DNA of 64,000 bases from Actinomycetes bacterium (GCA_021801525.1 JAJYXW010000153.1:3986-67985), one strand, 5' to 3'; counted from the stretch's first letter, positions 26,689-35,658 are shown. A program made the numbers and translations. The notes: generated by a model from the letters alone, not told the origin.

Positions 26689-27585
26689 ATGGACACCCAG
26701 AATCCCGGCAAGAGTGTAAATGCGGGCGGAAATGCGGGCGAGGGCGGGGGTGACAGAGCCGCCAGGCCGTCCAGCATCGACAGCCTTCGCACCGTCGAGT
26801 TCCGCCAGACCCTTCGCGGCTATCACATCGACGACGTCGACGAGTACTTGGAGCAGGTGGCTGTAGAGGCCGAGGCTCTGAAGGAGCAGTACCGCCAGGC
26901 GAGCGAGCGGCTCCGCCAGGCTGCGGATCGCGTTGCAGAGCTCGAGCGTCACGCCGAGCAGGCGCCGCAGGCACCAGTCGCAGCAAGCGACGACGCCCTG
27001 CAGAAGACCCTTGCCATGGCCCAGCGCTTCGTCGAGCAGGCGCAGGCGGAGGCAGAGGCTCAGGCGAAGGCGTTGGTGGGAGAGGCAGAGCAGCGTGCGA
27101 GCGCCCTCGTCTCCGAGGCGGAGCAGCGTGCACGCGAGATGACCGAGGCGTCGGAACGCGCGCTGAAGGAGGAGGTAGGTCGTCTCGAGGCCATCCGCAA
27201 CCAGCTCGCGGGTGAGGTGGAGACGATGGCTCGCCACCTCGACGGCGAGCGGGCGCGCCTGCAGGGAGCGCTCTCCGAGCTGACGCAGTGGGTAGAGGAG
27301 CACCTCCAGCCGGCGGGCTCGCTCCTCGGCGCCAAACGACAGGACTACCCCGGCCGGGGCCCGGCCGGCCAGGACGACGGGTCGGCGGGCACGAGGCCAC
27401 CGGTTGGCGCTCCGCTCAGGCAACCTGCCGGCGCTCCACTGAGGCAGGGCCAGCCCGAAAGCCCGCCATCCTCTGGAGCGGCGACCCTTCAGAGCACGCT
27501 CGCCGTTCCGATGGCAGCGCGCGCCTCAGTTGCTCCAAGTGACTGGTCGAGGACGGGGCCGGCAGGGGGGCTGTCCGGCCACTGA
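26689..27585 (+). CDS. divIVA: DivIVA domain-containing protein (Wag31-like)
   Basis: FRQTLRGYHIDDVDEYLEQV followed by a long coiled coil. Confidence 0.88.
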   Translation: MDTQNPGKSVNAGGNAGEGGGDRAARPSSIDSLRTVEFRQTLRGYHIDDVDEYLEQVAVEAEALKEQYRQASERLRQAADRVAELERHAEQAPQAPVAASDDALQKTLAMAQRFVEQAQAEAEAQAKALVGEAEQRASALVSEAEQRAREMTEASERALKEEVGRLEAIRNQLAGEVETMARHLDGERARLQGALSELTQWVEEHLQPAGSLLGAKRQDYPGRGPAGQDDGSAGTRPPVGAPLRQPAGAPLRQGQPESPPSSGAATLQSTLAVPMAARASVAPSDWSRTGPAGGLSGH

Positions 27586-27617
27586 GCTCCAACGAGCTGG
27601 TTGGGGTGCCTGGCTGC

Positions 27618-30600
27618 TCAGGCGCGTTCGGCGTCCAGGGGAGGGGGGCTGGCGTCGGAGCCAGGCGTGGAGGCCGCGATGGCAATGGTCATCGCTAGGT
27701 GGCGTCCATCGGGTAGGCGCCCAGGCGTCGCGTAGGCATTCCCCTCCTGCCGGGTCGGCGTCGCCTGCCGGGTGGACATATCCGGGGACGCCGCGTCTTC
27801 GTCTGGCGCTGCGGGCGCTGGATGCGCCGCGGGTTCGCTCCGGCCAGATACCGCCACGTCGAGCCCGATGGCCTGGGTCTGCTCGGCCAGGTAGGCGCGG
27901 TGTCCCTCGATGGCTTGGACCACGTCGGCAGGCGCCTCGATCGCGAGATTTATCCGGTCCGCGACGTGGAAGCCGGCGTCCTTCCTGGCTGTCTGGACGA
28001 GGCGCACCACGTCGCGAGCGAGACCCTCCCGGCGAAGCTCGTCGTCGGGGTGTACGTCGAGCGTGAGCACCCCAGTGGCTCCTGCGAAAGCCCGGCTCGA
28101 AGCCGGGTCCTTGGGGGTCAAAGTGAGCGTGAACTCGCCGGGGTGAAGCTCCACACCGCCGACCGTCACGCCATCTCCGGGGCCCTTGGCCCAGTCACCT
28201 CGCTTGGATGCAGCTATCACCTTCTGGGTGGTGTCGCCCAAGCGGGGCCCGAACTGGGAGGGATGGAGGGTCAGCGTCTCCTCGGCGATGGTTGCCACGT
28301 CGTCGTCGAGAGACACCACCTTGACGTTCAGCTCGTCTGCCATGAGATCGACGTACGGGGCCAGCTTGGCGGCTCCTGGCATGGAGATGTGAAGGATGCG
28401 AAGGGGAAGGCGGGCGCGCAGCCCGTTGGCCTTGCGAACTGCGTGGGCAACCGAGCAGATCTCCCGAACGAGGTCCATGCTCTCCACGAGATCAGGGTCG
28501 CGGGGCAAGGCCCCCGCGTCGGGCCAGTCCTCGAGATGCACGCTGGCGCCGCCGGTCAGGCCTCGGTAGACCTCGTCGGTGACGAGGGGCAGGAGCGGGG
28601 CGGCGACCTTGCACAGCGTTGCCAGGGCCGTGAAGAGGGTGTCGTAGGCGCCGGCCTTGTCGGTCTCGACCTCGGGCGAGCCGTCCCTGTGGCTCCAGAA
28701 GCGGTCGCGGCTGCGGCGTATGTACCAGTTGTTCAGAGCGCCGAGGTACGAGGTGACTGCTGCACATGCACCGAAGAGATCGTAGGTGTCGAGGCACGAG
28801 GTCACCTCCTCGACCAGGGCCGCCGTCTTGGCCAGCGCGTAACGGTCGAGGAGGTCGCTCGCAGTGGCCGTCGCCTGCCCTCTCATGTGGTCGACGTTCG
28901 CGTATAGAGCGAGGAAGTACCAGGCGTTCCATATCGGGTTGATGACTTGGCGGACTGCCTCCGTCATCCCTTTGGCGCCGACAACCAGGTTCTGCCCGCG
29001 GAGCACCGGAGAGGAGAGCAGGAACCACCTCATGGCGTCTGCCCCCCAGGTGGAGAAGACCGTATCGGGCTCCGGGTAGTTGCCGAGCCGCTTGGACATC
29101 TTTCGACCGTCGTCACCGAGCACGATGCCGTGTGCCACGCAGTGCCGGAAAGCGGGCCTGTCGAAAAGTGCCGCAGCGAGCACGTGGAGCGTGTAGAACC
29201 AGCCGCGAGTCTGGCCGACGTACTCCACGACGAAATCAGCAGGGAAGTGCGACTCGAACCACTCTGCGTTCTCGAAGGGATAGTGGACCTGGGCGAAGGG
29301 CATGGAACCCGACTCGAACCAGCAGTCGAGCACCTCCGGCACGCGCCGCATCGTCGAGCGTCCTGTCGGATCGTCGGGATTGGGCCTGGTGAGCGCGTCG
29401 ATTGCTGGCCTGTGCAGGTCGCCCGGCCGTATACGGAAGTCGCGTTCCAGCTCGTCGAGGCTTCCGTAGACGTCGACCCGAGGATGGGTGGGGTCGTCGC
29501 TCACCCAGACCGGAATCGGGGCTCCCCAGAACCGGTTCCTGCTTATCGACCAGTCCCGGGCGGACTCGAGCCACTTGCCGAAGGCGCCGTCTCGGACGTG
29601 CTCGGGCACCCACGCGATCTCCCTGTTCAGCTCGATCATCCGCTGCTTTACCTTGGTAACTGCCACGAACCACGAGCTGAGAGACTTGTAGATGAGGGGG
29701 GTGTCGCTCCTCCAGCAGTGCGGGTAGCTGTGGCGGTAGCTCTCGCGGCGGAGGAGCGCGCGCGAGGCCTCGAGCGCCTGGATGATGGGCCCGTTGGCCT
29801 CGAAGACCTGCAGGCCCGCGTACGGCGGGACCTCGGAAGTGAAGCGCCCGGTCGAATCGACCGGGCAGACGACGCCGATGCCTGCCGCCAGGCAGGATTC
29901 GTGGTCCTCCTCGCCGAAGCCGGGCGCCAGGTGGACGATACCGGTTCCTTCCCCTGTGTCCACGAAGTCGGCGGCGAGGACCCGGAAGGCCCCAGGCGCC
30001 TCGGCGAAGAAGTCGAAGAGCGGGCGGTAGGTGCGGCCGACCAGGTCCGTTCCCTTCAGGGTCGATATAGGACGGGCATCCCCGAGGAGGTCGGCGTAGG
30101 CGCCTTCGCGCTCGAGCGCCAGGACGGTCGGCCTGCCGTCCACGTCGTAGACCCCATAAGTGATGTCGGGTCCGACGGCCAGGGCGAGGTTGGAGGGCAG
30201 AGTCCAGGGCGTCGTCGTCCACACGGCCAGGGAGAGCGAGCCCTCGGTCAGGCTCGCCTCGGATGCACCTGCAACGCCCGGCTCGCGGGAGGGGGTGAGC
30301 TCGAATGCGACCGTGACTGCGGGATCCTCGCGGTCGCGATACGCGTCGTCCTGACGCGTCTCGAAGTTCGACAACGGGGTCTCGCATTCCCAGCAGTAGG
30401 GCAGGACACGCTCGCCTTCGTAGACGAGCCCCTTCTCCCACAGCCTCTTGAACGCCCAGATGACACTTTCCATGTACGCCAAGTCCATGGTCTTGTAGTC
30501 GTTGGCAAAGTCGACCCACCTGGCCTGCCTCGTCACGTAGCGCTCCCAGGCATCCGTGGTGCGCAGGACGAGATCGCGGCAATGGGCGTTGAAAGTGTCT

Positions 30601-31031
30601 ACGCCCAAGGCGACTACACCGGCCCGGCCCGAGACCCCGAGCTCCTTCTCGGCCTGCATCTCAGCGGGAAGTCCGTGGCAGTCCCAGCCGAACCTGCGCT
30701 CGACGCGCTGACCGCGCATGGTCCGGAACCGCGGCACGGCGTCCTTGACGAACCCAGTGAGGAGGTGCCCGTAGTGGGGCAGGCCATTCGCGAATGGAGG
30801 ACCGTCGTAGAACACGAACTCATCGGCTCCCGTGCGGGCTGCCACGCTCTTCGCGAAGGTGTGCTCGGTTGCGAAGCGCTCGAGCACACCTTCCTCGATC
30901 AACGGGTAGTCGGGCCGAGGATCGACGTCAGGGTAAGGTGCTGGGTCGTCGTGGAAGGGGCGCTGCACGTCTACAACTGTATGCGCGGGGTGATGCGCTG
31001 CCGGTAAGCGCTCTCCCCCGCGTGTTGCCAA
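27618..31031 (-). CDS. ileS: Isoleucine--tRNA ligase
   Basis: PPFANGLPHYGHLL (HIGH) and KMSKRLGN (KMSKS) motifs. TTG start at 31031 is preceded by GGGAGGGA. GTG at 30968 is an alternative start. About 80 aa of low-complexity C-terminal tail. Confidence 0.95.
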   Translation of the reverse strand: MATRGGERLPAAHHPAHTVVDVQRPFHDDPAPYPDVDPRPDYPLIEEGVLERFATEHTFAKSVAARTGADEFVFYDGPPFANGLPHYGHLLTGFVKDAVPRFRTMRGQRVERRFGWDCHGLPAEMQAEKELGVSGRAGVVALGVDTFNAHCRDLVLRTTDAWERYVTRQARWVDFANDYKTMDLAYMESVIWAFKRLWEKGLVYEGERVLPYCWECETPLSNFETRQDDAYRDREDPAVTVAFELTPSREPGVAGASEASLTEGSLSLAVWTTTPWTLPSNLALAVGPDITYGVYDVDGRPTVLALEREGAYADLLGDARPISTLKGTDLVGRTYRPLFDFFAEAPGAFRVLAADFVDTGEGTGIVHLAPGFGEEDHESCLAAGIGVVCPVDSTGRFTSEVPPYAGLQVFEANGPIIQALEASRALLRRESYRHSYPHCWRSDTPLIYKSLSSWFVAVTKVKQRMIELNREIAWVPEHVRDGAFGKWLESARDWSISRNRFWGAPIPVWVSDDPTHPRVDVYGSLDELERDFRIRPGDLHRPAIDALTRPNPDDPTGRSTMRRVPEVLDCWFESGSMPFAQVHYPFENAEWFESHFPADFVVEYVGQTRGWFYTLHVLAAALFDRPAFRHCVAHGIVLGDDGRKMSKRLGNYPEPDTVFSTWGADAMRWFLLSSPVLRGQNLVVGAKGMTEAVRQVINPIWNAWYFLALYANVDHMRGQATATASDLLDRYALAKTAALVEEVTSCLDTYDLFGACAAVTSYLGALNNWYIRRSRDRFWSHRDGSPEVETDKAGAYDTLFTALATLCKVAAPLLPLVTDEVYRGLTGGASVHLEDWPDAGALPRDPDLVESMDLVREICSVAHAVRKANGLRARLPLRILHISMPGAAKLAPYVDLMADELNVKVVSLDDDVATIAEETLTLHPSQFGPRLGDTTQKVIAASKRGDWAKGPGDGVTVGGVELHPGEFTLTLTPKDPASSRAFAGATGVLTLDVHPDDELRREGLARDVVRLVQTARKDAGFHVADRINLAIEAPADVVQAIEGHRAYLAEQTQAIGLDVAVSGRSEPAAHPAPAAPDEDAASPDMSTRQATPTRQEGNAYATPGRLPDGRHLAMTIAIAASTPGSDASPPPLDAERA

Positions 31032-31126
31032 GGCGTCCCTCCCACGCTAGGGTCGCGCCTTCCTCGACGAGGTGGAGAGAGATCAGGTGAACCAGTGTTA
31101 CCCATGGTGCGAAAGGGGGTAAGCCG

Positions 31127-31750
31127 ATGGTCCCGGCGAACGCACCCGCGAAGAAGGCAGCACCCGCGAAGAAGGCAGCACCAGTGAAGAAGGCAGCACC
31201 AGTGAAGAAGGCAGCGCCAGTGCAGAAGCCGGTGCAGAAGGCAGCACCAGTGAAGAAGGCAGCGCCGGTGAAGAAGGCAGCGCCGGTGCAGAAGCCGGTG
31301 CAGAAGGCAGCATCCTCGAAGAAGGCAGCGCCGGTGAAGAAGGCCGGCGAGCAAGCCGGATCGCCGGGTCCCTACGCGTCTGACAGGCGTTTCCTCGACG
31401 AGCAGAGAGAAGCACTGCTCGAGGAGAGGCGCGAGTACCAGACGCAGGCGGACGACCTTCGCGCAGAGGCTGAGGCATTGGCCATGGAGCGCGAGCCCGG
31501 GGACGTCCAGTTCGACGAGGAATCGGGAGAGGGTGGGACGATAACCGTCGACAGGGAGCGTGACCTCGCGCTCTCCGCTCAGGCTCTCGCAGCCATCGAG
31601 GAGATCGACGCCGCGCTGGCGACGATCGACGACCTGTCCTACGGCTCGTGCGAGCAATGTCACCAGCCGATCCCCAAGGCGCGCCTGAAGGCTCTTCCGT
31701 ACGCGCGCCTCTGTGTGGTCTGCAAGAGCGGGGGGCTGCACCGGCGCTGA
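31127..31750 (+). CDS. TraR/DksA family C4 zinc-finger protein with an N-terminal Lys/Ala/Pro-rich repeat tail
   Basis: C-terminal CEQCHQPIPKARLKALPYARLCVVCK (CxxC-N17-CxxC) after a coiled-coil region. N-terminus is (A/V)KKAAP repeats (DNA 31143-31345). Confidence 0.8.
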   Translation: MVPANAPAKKAAPAKKAAPVKKAAPVKKAAPVQKPVQKAAPVKKAAPVKKAAPVQKPVQKAASSKKAAPVKKAGEQAGSPGPYASDRRFLDEQREALLEERREYQTQADDLRAEAEALAMEREPGDVQFDEESGEGGTITVDRERDLALSAQALAAIEEIDAALATIDDLSYGSCEQCHQPIPKARLKALPYARLCVVCKSGGLHRR

Positions 31751-32283
31751 GCAGCACGTCGCCCTCCGGGCCCGTTCGCGGCCAGCAAGCCTCCGAGAGG
31801 CGACCCGCTCGGAGGCTTGCCATTGCCGGAGCCGTGGTGCTCGTCGTGCTCGTCGTGGACCAGTTGACGACGACCTGGGCAGTGGACCGGCTCTCCAAGG
31901 GTCCTATCCACCTCGTGTGGACTCTCGATCTCGAGCTCTTTTACAACACAGGCTCCGCCTTCAGCCTGTTCCAGGGGGAGGCTCCCGTGATCGCGGTGGT
32001 GGCGGCTGCTCTCGTGGCAGCCGTCGCGTACGCGATATCGAGGGCGAGGAGCGACGCTCTGGCCGCCTCTCTCGGCATGGTCGCAGGCGGGGCGCTCGGC
32101 AACCTGGCAGATCGGCTGTTCAGGGGGCACCAGGGAGCTGTCGTCGACTTCATCGCCCTTCACTGGTGGCCCACCTTCAACCTTGCGGACGCGTCCATCG
32201 TCGTGGGTGGGATTCTCTCCGCGGTGCTGATCGTGCGTGCTGGCGGAGCTGGCGGAGCTGGCGGGTCGAGGCGAGCAAGCTGA
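31648..32283 (+). CDS. lspA: Lipoprotein signal peptidase II
   Basis: DQLTTTWAV, NTGSAFS, GGALGNLADR, VVDF and FNLADA motifs. Start uncertain: no ATG/GTG/TTG between 31751 and the first TM helix, so the only upstream in-frame starts overlap the preceding gene. Confidence 0.8.
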   Translation: MRAMSPADPQGAPEGSSVRAPLCGLQERGAAPALSSTSPSGPVRGQQASERRPARRLAIAGAVVLVVLVVDQLTTTWAVDRLSKGPIHLVWTLDLELFYNTGSAFSLFQGEAPVIAVVAAALVAAVAYAISRARSDALAASLGMVAGGALGNLADRLFRGHQGAVVDFIALHWWPTFNLADASIVVGGILSAVLIVRAGGAGGAGGSRRAS

Positions 32284-33272
32284 GCGCCTCACCAGGAGCG
32301 ATCGAGACAGATGTTGGCGCCGCCCTGGCGGGCCAGCGGGTCGACCGGGCTGTGGCACTGTTGGGAGGGCTCTCCCGGAAGGCTGCCGGTGAGCTGGTGG
32401 CCAGCGGGGCGGTTCGCGTGGACCACCTCGTGGTGACGACACCGAGCCGGACGCTCAGGGTGGGCCAGCATCTCGGCATCGAGCTGCCCCCCCCGGACCC
32501 GCACCTCTTGTCCGGCGACGCGTCCGTCGTCTTCGACGTCGTCTACGAGGACGAGCACCTAATCGTCGTGGACAAGCCCGCTGGCCTGGTAGTGCATCGG
32601 GGCGCCGGCCACGAGACCGGCACGCTCGTGGAGGGGCTTCTTGCCCGCTATCCGGACCTCCTCCGGCTCTCTGGGAGTGGTCCCGGTGGCACCGGTCGTG
32701 GCGCTGGCGCCGGCAGACCAGGGATAGTCCACCGGCTCGACAAGGGCACCTCCGGCCTCCTCGTCGTGGCCCGTACTCCCGAGGCGATGGCATCGCTCGC
32801 GAAGCAGTTCAGGGAGCACACGGCACAGCGCGAGTACGTCGCACTGGTGTGGGGGGGGTTGCAGAGCTCCTCGGGAGTCATCGAGGCGCCCATCGGCCGG
32901 TCGGAGCGTCACCCCACAAAGATGGCCGTCAAGGCAGGTGGGCGCTTTGCTCGCACGAGCTATCAGGTGCTCGAGCGCTTCGATTCGCCCACCGGCGCGA
33001 CCCTGATCGAGGCGAAGCTCGAGACGGGACGCACCCACCAGGTACGCGTCCACCTTGCGGCAATCGGGCATCCCGTGGTGGGTGACGACCGCTACGGGAT
33101 GAGCCGCTTGGCTTGGCCTGCGCTGTCAGCGGCTCCCGAGGTAGGGAGGCTCTTCTTGCACGCTCGGCGCCTCGTCCTCGAGCATCCATCGGGGGAAAGC
33201 CGCGAATGGGCGTCACCGCTACCGGGAGACCTCCTGCGTACCCTGGAAGCGCTCAGGAGCGCGCGCCCGTGA
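32166..33272 (+). CDS. rluD: RluA family 23S rRNA pseudouridine synthase (RluD-like)
   Basis: S4-like N-terminus (GQRVDRAV...SRKAAGELVASGAVRVD) and catalytic HRLDKGTSGLLVVAR. Start uncertain: GTG at 32166 overlaps lspA by 118 nt. Confidence 0.8.
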   Translation: MAHLQPCGRVHRRGWDSLRGADRACWRSWRSWRVEASKLSASPGAIETDVGAALAGQRVDRAVALLGGLSRKAAGELVASGAVRVDHLVVTTPSRTLRVGQHLGIELPPPDPHLLSGDASVVFDVVYEDEHLIVVDKPAGLVVHRGAGHETGTLVEGLLARYPDLLRLSGSGPGGTGRGAGAGRPGIVHRLDKGTSGLLVVARTPEAMASLAKQFREHTAQREYVALVWGGLQSSSGVIEAPIGRSERHPTKMAVKAGGRFARTSYQVLERFDSPTGATLIEAKLETGRTHQVRVHLAAIGHPVVGDDRYGMSRLAWPALSAAPEVGRLFLHARRLVLEHPSGESREWASPLPGDLLRTLEALRSARP

Positions 33273-33309
33273 TCCGAGCTGCGCACGCGCGCCGCCGCGC
33301 CGCCCCGGC

Positions 33310-33330
33310 GGGCAGGGCGGGCAGGGCGGG
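33310..33330 (+). other. G-quadruplex-type motif GGGCAGGGCGGGCAGGGCGGG (five G3 tracts, 1-2 nt loops)
   Basis: Read directly. Lies in the 92-nt spacer between the convergent rluD and sigma factor genes. Confidence 0.5.
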
Positions 33331-33364
33331 CAGGCATCTGGAGCGAGTGGCAGGGCCTCTGAGC

Positions 33365-34207
33365 TCAGGCGGCGCGATGGGCAGCTTGCAGGCTCGGCAG
33401 GGATGCGAGCCTTCGGAGGGCGTCTGCCTCGGCCTGGCGCGCCTTGCGAACGCCGATACCGAGCATTGTCGCGGTGGTCTGTAGCGAAGCAGGCAACTGA
33501 CCCGCGAGGCCGAAGCGCGCTCGGATGACGTCACGCTCCAGGGGGTCGAGATCTTCTACGGCATGGCGGAGTGCATCGATGACCATGCGGCTCTCGACAC
33601 CGTCCACGAAGTCGTCCTCGGCCTGGGCGACGAGCTCGCCGAAGGTGGTGGCACTGTCCGACGTGGCGGGCTGGTCGAGGCTGGCTACCACGCGGGCGAT
33701 ACCGCGAAGCCCGCGGAGTGTACCCGTGTCTATGCCGCTGGCTTCGGCGATCTCGTCATCGCTCGGGTGGCGGCGCACCTCGGAGGTGAGCTCCCACGCG
33801 GCACGGTCCACCTTCGATGCGCTCTCTGCGACCTCCATCGGCACGCGGATCGTCGAGCCGTGCTGCTGGACGGCACGCTGGAGCGCCTGGCGGATCCACC
33901 ACGTCGCGTAGGTGGAGAAGCGAAAGCCTCGCCTCCAGTCGAACTTCTCGACCGCTCGCATCAACCCGAATGTGCCCTCCTGCACCAGGTCGGCGAAGTC
34001 GACGCCCCTGTCCTGGTACCTGCGGGCCCAGTGGACGACGAGACGGAGGTTGGCTGCCACCATCTCGCGCTTTGCCTCTGCATCCCCAGCAGCGACGCGC
34101 TTGGCCAAGGCCACCTGCTCCTCGGGTCCGGGCAACGGGTAGCGGCCCAGATCGTCGAGGAACAGCCTGATCGAGTCCGGGATGCTCGGCTCCTTGCTAG
34201 TGCTCAT
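33365..34207 (-). CDS. RNA polymerase sigma-70 family factor (regions 2-4)
   Basis: NLRLVVHWARRY, DLVQEGTFGLMRAVEKFD, FSTYATWWIRQA and a region 4 HTH. ATG at 34207. Track ORF extended to 34540 trimmed. Confidence 0.88.
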   Translation of the reverse strand: MSTSKEPSIPDSIRLFLDDLGRYPLPGPEEQVALAKRVAAGDAEAKREMVAANLRLVVHWARRYQDRGVDFADLVQEGTFGLMRAVEKFDWRRGFRFSTYATWWIRQALQRAVQQHGSTIRVPMEVAESASKVDRAAWELTSEVRRHPSDDEIAEASGIDTGTLRGLRGIARVVASLDQPATSDSATTFGELVAQAEDDFVDGVESRMVIDALRHAVEDLDPLERDVIRARFGLAGQLPASLQTTATMLGIGVRKARQAEADALRRLASLPSLQAAHRAA

Positions 34208-34226
34208 GTGCTCCTCGTCTGGTTGG

Positions 34227-34286
34227 CCGGCTTGTGGTGCTCCGGCTTGTGGTGCTCCGGCTTGTGGTCGGCCGGCTCGTGGTGGG
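34227..34286. repeat. 15-bp tandem repeat CCGGCTTGTGGTGCT x4 (2 perfect) in the sigma factor leader
   Basis: Begins 20 nt upstream of the sigma factor ATG (minus strand). Confidence 0.85.
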
Positions 34287-34467
34287 AACGGTCGTCGCTC
34301 GACGGGTGTCCAGATGAGCCTCTCGTCCTTCGTGAAGTGCCTGACGCATTGCACGTATGGCTTGCGCGCCCCGCTTGGCCCGTCACTCGTTGCAACAAGG
34401 AGCGGGCCCCTGGCATTCCGGACAGAGCGGCTTGCGCGTAGAGAGGCTCTGGTGGTCGGATGGCAGC

Positions 34468-35088
34468 GTGTTGTACAAGGAGAGCGTCGGACCGCAAGCC
34501 GCCGCCCGGTTGGTGGCAGCCCGCCACGGCGACACGGCATGGAGCCTCGCTGGCCGCCACACGGGCAGGAGTGACGTTGCGCTCGAGCCCTCTGGGATCG
34601 AGCAGGCGATGCGTCTGGGGAAGCGCCTGGCTGGTCACCCCTTCTCAGCTGTCCTCGTCAGCCCCGCGAAGCGCGCCATCGAGACCTGCGCCGCTGCCGG
34701 CTTCGGCGCCCGCGCCGAGGTGTGCGAGGACCTGTGGGAGTGGGACTACGGCCGCTACGAGGGATTGACGACCATGGAGATACGCGCCGAGAGGCCGGGA
34801 TGGAGCATCTGGCGAGACGGTGTGCCCGGCGGCGAGAGCATCGACGGCGTCGCCGAGCGAGCTGACCGAGTCGTCGCGAGGGTGAGGGCTACGCTCGGCG
34901 ACGTGCTGGTCGTAGCCCACGCGCACCTGCTGCGCGTGCTGGCTGCGCGCTGGGTCGCCATGCCTGCGAGTGCCGGAGCTCACCTCGTCCTCCAGCCCGC
35001 CACGTTGAGCGTCCTCGGCTGGGAGAGGGAGGCTCCGGCCATCCTCTCGTGGAACGACGGTGGACCTGCTCCCCTCGGCTCTGCCTGA
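34468..35088 (+). CDS. Histidine phosphatase family protein
   Basis: RLVAARHGDTAW (RHG catalytic motif) and the downstream VVAHAHLLR motif. GTG at 34468. Confidence 0.75.
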   Translation: MLYKESVGPQAAARLVAARHGDTAWSLAGRHTGRSDVALEPSGIEQAMRLGKRLAGHPFSAVLVSPAKRAIETCAAAGFGARAEVCEDLWEWDYGRYEGLTTMEIRAERPGWSIWRDGVPGGESIDGVAERADRVVARVRATLGDVLVVAHAHLLRVLAARWVAMPASAGAHLVLQPATLSVLGWEREAPAILSWNDGGPAPLGSA

Positions 35089-35099
35089 GCACCAGCTGC

Positions 35100-35546
35100 T
35101 CAGGTGAGCGGCCTCCCCGAGGAGGCGCCCCCGCGGGCCTGGTCGACCATGTCTGCCAGCGTGAACGAGTCGAGGTGAGAGCGGATGTGCTCTCCTACGT
35201 CTGCCCAAACGGCCAGCAAGATGCACTGCCCCTCGTGCTCGCAAGCGCCGTTTTCGTGAGGGCGACCGAAGTCCCCGGCAGCTATCGGGCCGTCTACGGC
35301 GCTCACGATCTGCCCGAGCGTAATCTCCTTCGGGGGGCGGGTGAGGACGTAGCCCCCCCCCACGCCGCGCTTCGAGCGCACCAGGCCGGCTCCCTTCAGC
35401 GCGAGCAGTATCTGCTCCAGGTAGGGCTGCGGGAGGCCGGTGCGCTCCGCGATGTCGCGCACGGAGGTGGGGCCGTCCTCGTCGCCGTGCAGGGCGAGCG
35501 ACAGGAGGGCCCTGCTCGCGTAGTCACCCCGCGTGGATACCTTCAC
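35100..35546 (-). CDS. Rrf2 family transcriptional regulator
   Basis: MKVSTRGDYASRALLSLA...SVRDIAERTGLPQPYLEQILLALKGAGLVRSKRGVGGGY winged-helix motif. Confidence 0.9.
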   Translation of the reverse strand: MKVSTRGDYASRALLSLALHGDEDGPTSVRDIAERTGLPQPYLEQILLALKGAGLVRSKRGVGGGYVLTRPPKEITLGQIVSAVDGPIAAGDFGRPHENGACEHEGQCILLAVWADVGEHIRSHLDSFTLADMVDQARGGASSGRPLT

Positions 35547-35573
35547 GGTTCGATGCTATATGCACCCGAGGAG

Positions 35574-35658
35574 CACCAGGTCGGCACGCGCACCAGGTCG
35601 GCACGCGTCCCGGCACGACCCGCCTCCCGGCACGACCCGCCTCCCGGCACGACACGCC
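35574..35658. repeat. Two adjacent 17-bp tandem arrays: CACCAGGTCGGCACGCG x2, then TCCCGGCACGACCCGCC x3
   Basis: Read directly. Both share a CGGCACG core. Located in the divergent Rrf2 / AlkP-family intergenic region. Confidence 0.9.

Noticed and set aside
28947-31007. Very long shadow ORFs opposite well-supported genes (for example 28947..31007+ opposite ileS, 38605..40665- opposite dnaE, 13058..14677- opposite mraY, 21653..23032- and 22198..23628- opposite ftsZ, 42894..45071+ opposite the thioredoxin-domain gene, 45077..46504-, 15817..16677-).
   Set aside because: Each lies antisense to a gene with unambiguous family motifs. Each has an Arg/Pro/Gly/His-heavy composition with no recognisable domains. 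This is the typical high-GC lack of stop codons.
31032-31126. Possible T-box leader upstream of ileS. Actinobacterial ileS genes are known to use a translational T-box.
   Set aside because: Only about 95 nt are available before the divergent gene. An AUC triplet and a UGGCAACACGCGG stretch are present. However, I could not identify the conserved GGUGGUACCGCG T-box core or a convincing Stem I / specifier loop by eye. This needs a cmsearch (RF00230) before any claim.
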